This document shows, piece after piece, positions 58,544 through 64,000 of a stretch of 64,000 nucleotides of DNA. This stretch comes from an uncultured Desulfosarcina sp. Its GTDB lineage: Bacteria > Desulfobacterota > Desulfobacteria > Desulfobacterales > Desulfosarcinaceae. The stretch lies in contig CAXXWQ010000003.1 in NCBI GenBank assembly GCA_963674945.2, positions 2,304,001-2,368,000 of the forward strand. The letters run 5' to 3'. Under the pieces are notes generated by a model, which worked only from the letters and a program-made list of their open reading frames with translations, had not been told where the DNA came from and ran no database searches. Each line of letters opens with the position of its first letter. The stretch's first letter is position 1. The position numbers and the translations under genes are program-made.

Positions 58544-60958
58544 CTATTCATTCTCCAAAGACCTGGTGACACCTCGCCAGGTGAACATGCCTATGTTCTT
58601 GCTTTCATCGATGGCCGATGCTATGGCTGAGGATAGTTCTGCATCTCCAAGCGAGTCGATGACGCTGGCAACCTCCTGGAGGCAGCCCAGAGTCTTTGGC
58701 TCGGCCACGTCCAGCCCACGCAACTTGGGAATGATCTTCTGCTCTACCTGGTCTGCAAAAGCCAGTTTGTACCGGTTGTCCTGGCCGGCATCTGGGTAGT
58801 TGGCCAGGTACAACGCAATGGCGTCTTGAGCACGGTAGCCGAAGGGGCGTCCAACTTTCTCTAATGCGTTGTTCAAACAACGGATCCACTCTCTCATCTT
58901 GGGTTGCCATTCATCACTGCCATCAACTGGTTTGCACCAACTGCTCCACTGGTCCCGCGTAAGAAAGGGGCGAGTCATTCTTTCCTGCCCACCGTTATCA
59001 TTATGCTGACGCCGATCGTCAGGCTTGCCAAATCGCAGCAAATTGGAACGGTCCAGCACCTTGTCGGAGAGTGTTTGGGTGGTTTCGTCCTCGTTCATAG
59101 TGCCCACGAACAAAACGTTCTCCGGCACCCAAATACGGAAGCTGCGATTGCTGCCCGGACCGGTATCCAGTTCGATCTCGGCCTTCTCGCGATGTGCCGG
59201 GTTTGAAGGGTTCTCTACGAGCCGACGCAGTTCCAATTTTGAGAGAAACTCGCTAAAGTAATATTCGGTACGAGCCAAGTTCATTTCGTCCAGTAACACC
59301 ATAATCATGCGTTCTCTTGGCCAGTCGTAATCCAGGCCGGGGAACTCGCTGGGATCGTAGTTGTAGGGGTCCATGCGTACCAGGGCGCGGGATAGTTCTG
59401 TTGCTTTATAACTTTTTTCCAGATAGTTATAGAAGCCAAAGAGGTCCTGTGGTGAGTCCCAACGCGGCTGCACTGGAATAACCAAGGAATGGAGACCCAT
59501 GTGTTCGGCATACTTCACTGGCAGCAGGGTCTTGCCCGTGCCAGATACACCTGCAAGCACGGTCAGTGGGTTGATGCTCTGGCATTTTAGCGAAGTGTGA
59601 AAGGCATCGATGACCCTGGAAGGAAAGTAGAGATTGCTCTCCCGCAACTCTTTTTTAAATTGCTCCAAGGCCAGGTATTCACCTTTAGTACCTGTGGTGG
59701 GGGCAAACTCGGTTTTCTTGAAACAAACCGCATTTCGCTTTAGCAGGTCCTCATAGGCTTTGTGCACTTCCTCTGTTTCTTTGCCGGACATTTGCCCTTG
59801 GAGCTTTTCGACACTTTGTTTTAACAATGTCTTGCGAGCCACAAATTCTTCAACTTGCTCCTGTTCCCGTTGTCTTTTATTTTTCAGGGACTTTAGCTCA
59901 TCAAGTAATTCTATCACCTCTTTCTTTGCGCTATTGTATTTTACGATTGTATCTTTCGTCTGTCTTAATTCGTTTGTTAATAATTCTTTCTGTGTAACAA
60001 GAACATTTACCAGAGCACCAAGCTCCGCCTTCTCCTTACGTATAATTGATAACTCAGCCTTGGATTTATCAGCTTCGTGGGATGTCTCTACAACCTCATT
60101 TTTTTTAGTTTTTAGCTCTTCGCTCGCCTTCTCTAAGGCCATCCGCAGCTTACCCACTTTTTCTACAAAATTATCATGTTCTTTTCTCAAATAATCCAGA
60201 CGAGATTCCAGTTCATTTTTATTCCCCATCAGTTTATTAACAATAGCTTCAGCCTCAGCTTGCTCCCTATTAATTTCAGCAAATTTCATTTTGCTTTGTT
60301 CTAATTCATGAGAGACCTTTTGAGCATCCAAACGTTTTAATTCGGTCTCCTTGGCTGTAATGTCTCCTAAAGCGCGAATCTCAGCCACTTGATTTTCAAG
60401 TGTTACCTGCTCTGCCTTAAAAACCACAAGCTTCGCCTCAACGTTCGCGAAACTTTCGATTGTTTTTTGAGAGTCGTCTATTTTCTTTTGTAGTTGCTTC
60501 AATTCTTCACTAAGTGAAGCAGCCTCACCACGTTTGGCCTCTAAATTGCCAACTTCTTGATTGAGTTTCTCAAGTGTTTGAGTTACAAAGTGGCGTTGAT
60601 TTTCCAGTTCTCCCACCTCTTTACGTAAAATCTCGTTTTTTTGATCCTGAATTGCACCTTTTTGAGCAAGGTCATCAAGAAGTGCTCGCAGCCGTTCTTG
60701 TTCTTCACGTTCGGCCTTTACTCGATTTAGTTCATCGCGCTGGATATCTAACCAATTTCTAAGTTCTTTCACATCAGCTTGAAGATTTTCCTTCTTTGCT
60801 GCAAGTTCTGCTGCACTTATGCCATCTTCAACCAAAGCTTTCATACGCCGTTGATAATAAAGATAATGTGTTAATGACAAAAGGACGAGAATTATCGCTA
60901 AAGCTGCAGCGAATATCCAGATTGTGGTAGGGAGAAACGGAATTGTTATACCGTCCAT
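58544..60958 (-). CDS. TM-coiled coil-McrB-like AAA+ GTPase (NxD variant)
   Basis: N-terminal TM helix, about 350-aa coiled coil, LAGVSGTGKT, PVQPRW...DLFGFYN, LLDEMNLAR.EYYFSEFLS, GTMNEDET...LSDKVLDR. Confidence 0.88.
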   Translation of the reverse strand: MDGITIPFLPTTIWIFAAALAIILVLLSLTHYLYYQRRMKALVEDGISAAELAAKKENLQADVKELRNWLDIQRDELNRVKAEREEQERLRALLDDLAQKGAIQDQKNEILRKEVGELENQRHFVTQTLEKLNQEVGNLEAKRGEAASLSEELKQLQKKIDDSQKTIESFANVEAKLVVFKAEQVTLENQVAEIRALGDITAKETELKRLDAQKVSHELEQSKMKFAEINREQAEAEAIVNKLMGNKNELESRLDYLRKEHDNFVEKVGKLRMALEKASEELKTKKNEVVETSHEADKSKAELSIIRKEKAELGALVNVLVTQKELLTNELRQTKDTIVKYNSAKKEVIELLDELKSLKNKRQREQEQVEEFVARKTLLKQSVEKLQGQMSGKETEEVHKAYEDLLKRNAVCFKKTEFAPTTGTKGEYLALEQFKKELRESNLYFPSRVIDAFHTSLKCQSINPLTVLAGVSGTGKTLLPVKYAEHMGLHSLVIPVQPRWDSPQDLFGFYNYLEKSYKATELSRALVRMDPYNYDPSEFPGLDYDWPRERMIMVLLDEMNLARTEYYFSEFLSKLELRRLVENPSNPAHREKAEIELDTGPGSNRSFRIWVPENVLFVGTMNEDETTQTLSDKVLDRSNLLRFGKPDDRRQHNDNGGQERMTRPFLTRDQWSSWCKPVDGSDEWQPKMREWIRCLNNALEKVGRPFGYRAQDAIALYLANYPDAGQDNRYKLAFADQVEQKIIPKLRGLDVAEPKTLGCLQEVASVIDSLGDAELSSAIASAIDESKNIGMFTWRGVTRSLENE

Positions 60959-60994
60959 GTTGACCTCTCAATTGCGTTAGTATATTTCATCGGA

Positions 60995-62470
60995 CTATTG
61001 AACTTCGGTTGGTTCAATAGATTCCTTTAATTGACTCTCCAAAGTCTTAATTTTGTCATCAACCTGCGAAAGTTGCTGCATCATACCATCTGAAAGATGC
61101 TTTATTTCTTGGAGTTTTTGTGAAATTAGACTTGATTCGGAACCAAAATTATTATGCACCTTGGAAATGATATCTATCAACTCCTTTGATTGATTGTTAA
61201 GGGTGGATTGTGTTGATTCAAGCCCGTTTGCTGTTCTTGCCATATGAAGGTTAAATTCATCAAACTTGGTCACATCCTTTTGAATGTCATCCAAATATCC
61301 TTTTAGTGTTTTTGCTCTGCTATCGAATTCCGTTATTTGCTCTGTGAAGCTGGTTAAATTGCCATTAAGTTGCTTAATGTGATCATCCAAGTTTGTATTT
61401 TGCGAACTGAGCGTTATTACCATTCGATTGATAGAATTAATTGGTACCTCAATGGTTTGAGCCAACTGCTTAGCCTGGGTATCTACATTTTCTGATGCGA
61501 CTTCAATGCCTCCTATAGTAGCTCTCAACTTTTCGACAGTCTTATCTACTGTTCCTGAAGCGGTATCGATTGTTTTTGAGCTGACTGAGATAGACTGAGA
61601 AGTTTTACTCAATGATTCACAAGAGGTTCCAACACGTTTAGTTTCACCAGATAGATTTTCCACTTGGTCATGGATGGTCGCAATAGCCTCCTTTAATTTT
61701 GCAGCTTGGCCATGCAATTCGTTGATACTTGCATCTGTTTTCTGATTCGTGGCTTCAATCTTATCAGCTATAAAATTGAACCGATTTCCAAGTTTAGCCA
61801 ATTCGGATCTATCTTCCGACATTTCCGAGAGTACTTGCTTAAGATAATCCTTCTGTTTTTCAAGACCTGCAAGATCTTCCGAAAGCTTTCGTTCTTGAAT
61901 TTGGTACGCTTTAATTTTATCTTTGTGATCCCTGCTTTGTACTTGTAATTGGGCAACCTCGTCCTTTAACTCTTCCGCATTATTGCTTGATACCTTAATA
62001 TCATTTTGCAATTGCGCGTAAGCCCTTCTTGCGACCTCTTTGTCCGAAATTACCTGATTTCGTTCTGCGATGGCCCTATCCAACATTTCTTGAGCCGATT
62101 TAACCTGGGTAGTTAGACTTTCAAACTTTGCTTGCCTTGCCTGTAACTCACCTTTTATTTTGTCCCCAAGGGCTTTGAGGTTATCGTTTTCATCCTTGAG
62201 TGATGGCAATTCCTTTAATATGGTGGCATGTGATTGAAGATTGATCTCCAATTGTTCACGATCTTTTTCTAATCGTACTCGTTCCACCGCCACGCTTTGA
62301 CGCTCTGCTTCGACATTGACAATTTTCCAACCAGAAAGAATCATGAGGATAATTATCAGTATCACAGCTGCGGATAGAAGCCAGACATGCGGAAAGGCCA
62401 TATCAAGCTGGCTTGATTTCTTTCCTTGGTGGTTTTTCGAACCACTCTTAATATTGTTTAAATCATTCAT
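60995..62470 (-). CDS. Membrane-anchored long coiled-coil protein
   Basis: One TM helix (WLLSAAVILIIILMILSGW) followed by about 440 aa of heptad-rich sequence. Confidence 0.8.
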   Translation of the reverse strand: MNDLNNIKSGSKNHQGKKSSQLDMAFPHVWLLSAAVILIIILMILSGWKIVNVEAERQSVAVERVRLEKDREQLEINLQSHATILKELPSLKDENDNLKALGDKIKGELQARQAKFESLTTQVKSAQEMLDRAIAERNQVISDKEVARRAYAQLQNDIKVSSNNAEELKDEVAQLQVQSRDHKDKIKAYQIQERKLSEDLAGLEKQKDYLKQVLSEMSEDRSELAKLGNRFNFIADKIEATNQKTDASINELHGQAAKLKEAIATIHDQVENLSGETKRVGTSCESLSKTSQSISVSSKTIDTASGTVDKTVEKLRATIGGIEVASENVDTQAKQLAQTIEVPINSINRMVITLSSQNTNLDDHIKQLNGNLTSFTEQITEFDSRAKTLKGYLDDIQKDVTKFDEFNLHMARTANGLESTQSTLNNQSKELIDIISKVHNNFGSESSLISQKLQEIKHLSDGMMQQLSQVDDKIKTLESQLKESIEPTEVQ

Positions 62471-64000
62471 TTTCGCTCCATGCTTTTTGTATTTTGCTTA
62501 CACAACCCTTCATATCCTCGCGTAACTGGTACGTCCAAAACCGGAGAACTTTCCATCCCATCGCCTGCAATTGAATATCTCGCCACGTGTCATCAGTTTT
62601 ACGTGATCCATCTGAATTGCGATGACAAGCACCATCTACCTCGATATCTATCTTTAAAGGTGGCTCCCCTTTTTTTATTAGGGCAATATCCAGCCGTCTA
62701 CTAGCAACCGGAAATTGTGGTCTGGGTTCAAGGCCTACAGCTATTAACGCATCAAAAAGCATTTTTTCAAATGGTGAGTCATGCGGATGCCATGGCCCCC
62801 TTGGGGAAAAGTAGTCAGCTTTTTGGGGGGCAGCTGTGAGTCGCTCTATGTGTCTTATTTTGGAATTTCGTGCCCATTTTCGGTTTCCTACAATATGAAG
62901 CACGGCCCTTGCGCGGCTGGCCGCCACATTAAAAAGATTTGCGTTCTCTCTTAAAAATCCCTTGGAACCGACAGGCATCTCTGATCCGGCACATAAACTA
63001 AAGATGATGACATCTCGTTCGTCTCCCTGAAATCCATGTGCTGTATCGATGTGAGTCTGAGAGGCTTCCAACCAATAATAGAGATTACTATCAGATTCAT
63101 ATAACGCATCGCGAATGCGATTTGCCTGCTTTCGAAATGGCGTAACAATCCCCAGAGATCCACGAAACTTATTTTTAACTAGCATTTCCCTTACAATGTT
63201 TAGGATGGTGTCAACTTCTTCCTGGCAAAAGCAACCGCTCCCTCCTCCACTTTTTACGTCACCTTCAACCTCTGTCCAATGGATGCCTGGAGGAACCCCA
63301 TGAGGGGCTTTTAGATGTGTCAAATCTGTGGCCACTCTTAGTCGGCCACTATAGAAAATATCGTTTGAATACCCAGCGATTTCGGTGGCGCTGCGGTAAG
63401 TTTCACTCAGAAACACTGGTTCGGCATCGTTCGTACCTGCCAACAAATCATAGAGAGAATGATCGGAATAGGAAAAACGGGTGTCTTCAATACGCGTAAT
63501 GCCAATTTCTCGCTGTAAGAGTGTATCCTTTGCTGTGGATAATTTCGAGCAGTGAGTTAACTGAAATGGGTCCCCTACCACACCAACACGTTTGGCCCGG
63601 AAAAGCAGTGGAATAGCAGATGGGATATCAGACTGACTGGCTTCATCTACAATGACCAGATCAAATAACCCAGGCATAAGAGGTAGGCGAGATCCTGCTG
63701 ACAGATTGGTTACCGCCCAACATGGAAAGCTGTGAAGAACATGAGGTGCCCGTTCTTTGAGTATCGAAATTGCTTCCGCTCGAATCTTTCCTTCATCAAG
63801 ACCTGTCCGCATAGCCCTTAGCGTGGTCTTTAGCCCATCCATCTTTTCTCTGCTAACACCCTCTGGTAATCCTTTCCTATCATTTAGGTCAAGAGAAATG
63901 GCTCTTTGAACAATTTCTTCAAGCCGTTGCGTTATTTCTGATATCGAAGTGGTCAGTACCTCCAATGGTGGATGAATACGAGCCTCGTCCTCCAATGGCC
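62463..64000 (-). CDS. SF1 (UPF1/DNA2-like) helicase with C-terminal Vsr/DUF559-like nuclease; 5' end outside window
   Basis: IVDEASQ, GDPFQL, ETYRS, VTPFRKQ, TAHGFQGDE, NVAASRAR; then SPFE, RLDIA, IEVDGACH, RD..LQAMGWKVLRFW. Confidence 0.9.
   Translation of the reverse strand, partial: PLEDEARIHPPLEVLTTSISEITQRLEEIVQRAISLDLNDRKGLPEGVSREKMDGLKTTLRAMRTGLDEGKIRAEAISILKERAPHVLHSFPCWAVTNLSAGSRLPLMPGLFDLVIVDEASQSDIPSAIPLLFRAKRVGVVGDPFQLTHCSKLSTAKDTLLQREIGITRIEDTRFSYSDHSLYDLLAGTNDAEPVFLSETYRSATEIAGYSNDIFYSGRLRVATDLTHLKAPHGVPPGIHWTEVEGDVKSGGGSGCFCQEEVDTILNIVREMLVKNKFRGSLGIVTPFRKQANRIRDALYESDSNLYYWLEASQTHIDTAHGFQGDERDVIIFSLCAGSEMPVGSKGFLRENANLFNVAASRARAVLHIVGNRKWARNSKIRHIERLTAAPQKADYFSPRGPWHPHDSPFEKMLFDALIAVGLEPRPQFPVASRRLDIALIKKGEPPLKIDIEVDGACHRNSDGSRKTDDTWRDIQLQAMGWKVLRFWTYQLREDMKGCVSKIQKAWSENE

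Noticed and set aside
60995..62470. Methyl-accepting chemotaxis protein, SMC or tape-measure protein
   Set aside because: No MCP hairpin signature or Walker motifs, and no phage structural genes nearby; only a generic coiled coil.
45551..64000. Prophage
   Set aside because: No capsid, terminase, tail or lysis genes in the visible part.

Overview
This window looks like a Desulfobacterales-type deltaproteobacterial chromosome segment (inferred from gene content) with four zones. (1) 1-26.2 kb is a surface-polysaccharide cluster: AsnB-like amidotransferase, Wzx flippase, Wzm/Wzt, many glycosyltransferases including multi-domain fusions, two sulfotransferase domains, and an AT-rich sqdB + GtrB/GtrA/GT-C-like cassette split by an IS1380. 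(2) 26.4-34.5 kb holds ComEA, two sigma-54 activators, a receiver protein, an SDR, phospholipase A and an octaheme cytochrome behind a sigma-54 promoter. (3) 34.6-45.5 kb is a decayed accessory zone: a large-transposase IS, a degenerate integron-cassette remnant, and an IS1380 nested in an IS66 that disrupts a methyltransferase. (4) From 45.5 kb to the end is a genomic island bounded by the displaced 3' half of tRNA-Arg(ACG). The island carries an amidohydrolase-ParB fusion (split by IS1595) translationally coupled to a DNA methyltransferase-radical SAM fusion, and a broken NucS-like nuclease. It also carries an operon of SF1 helicase-nuclease, two membrane-anchored coiled-coil proteins (one fused to an NxD-type McrB GTPase), an McrC-like DUF2357 protein and a degenerate Hsp70-like protein. 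These two island modules are the best candidates for undescribed systems. All family assignments are by motif recognition, not database search.
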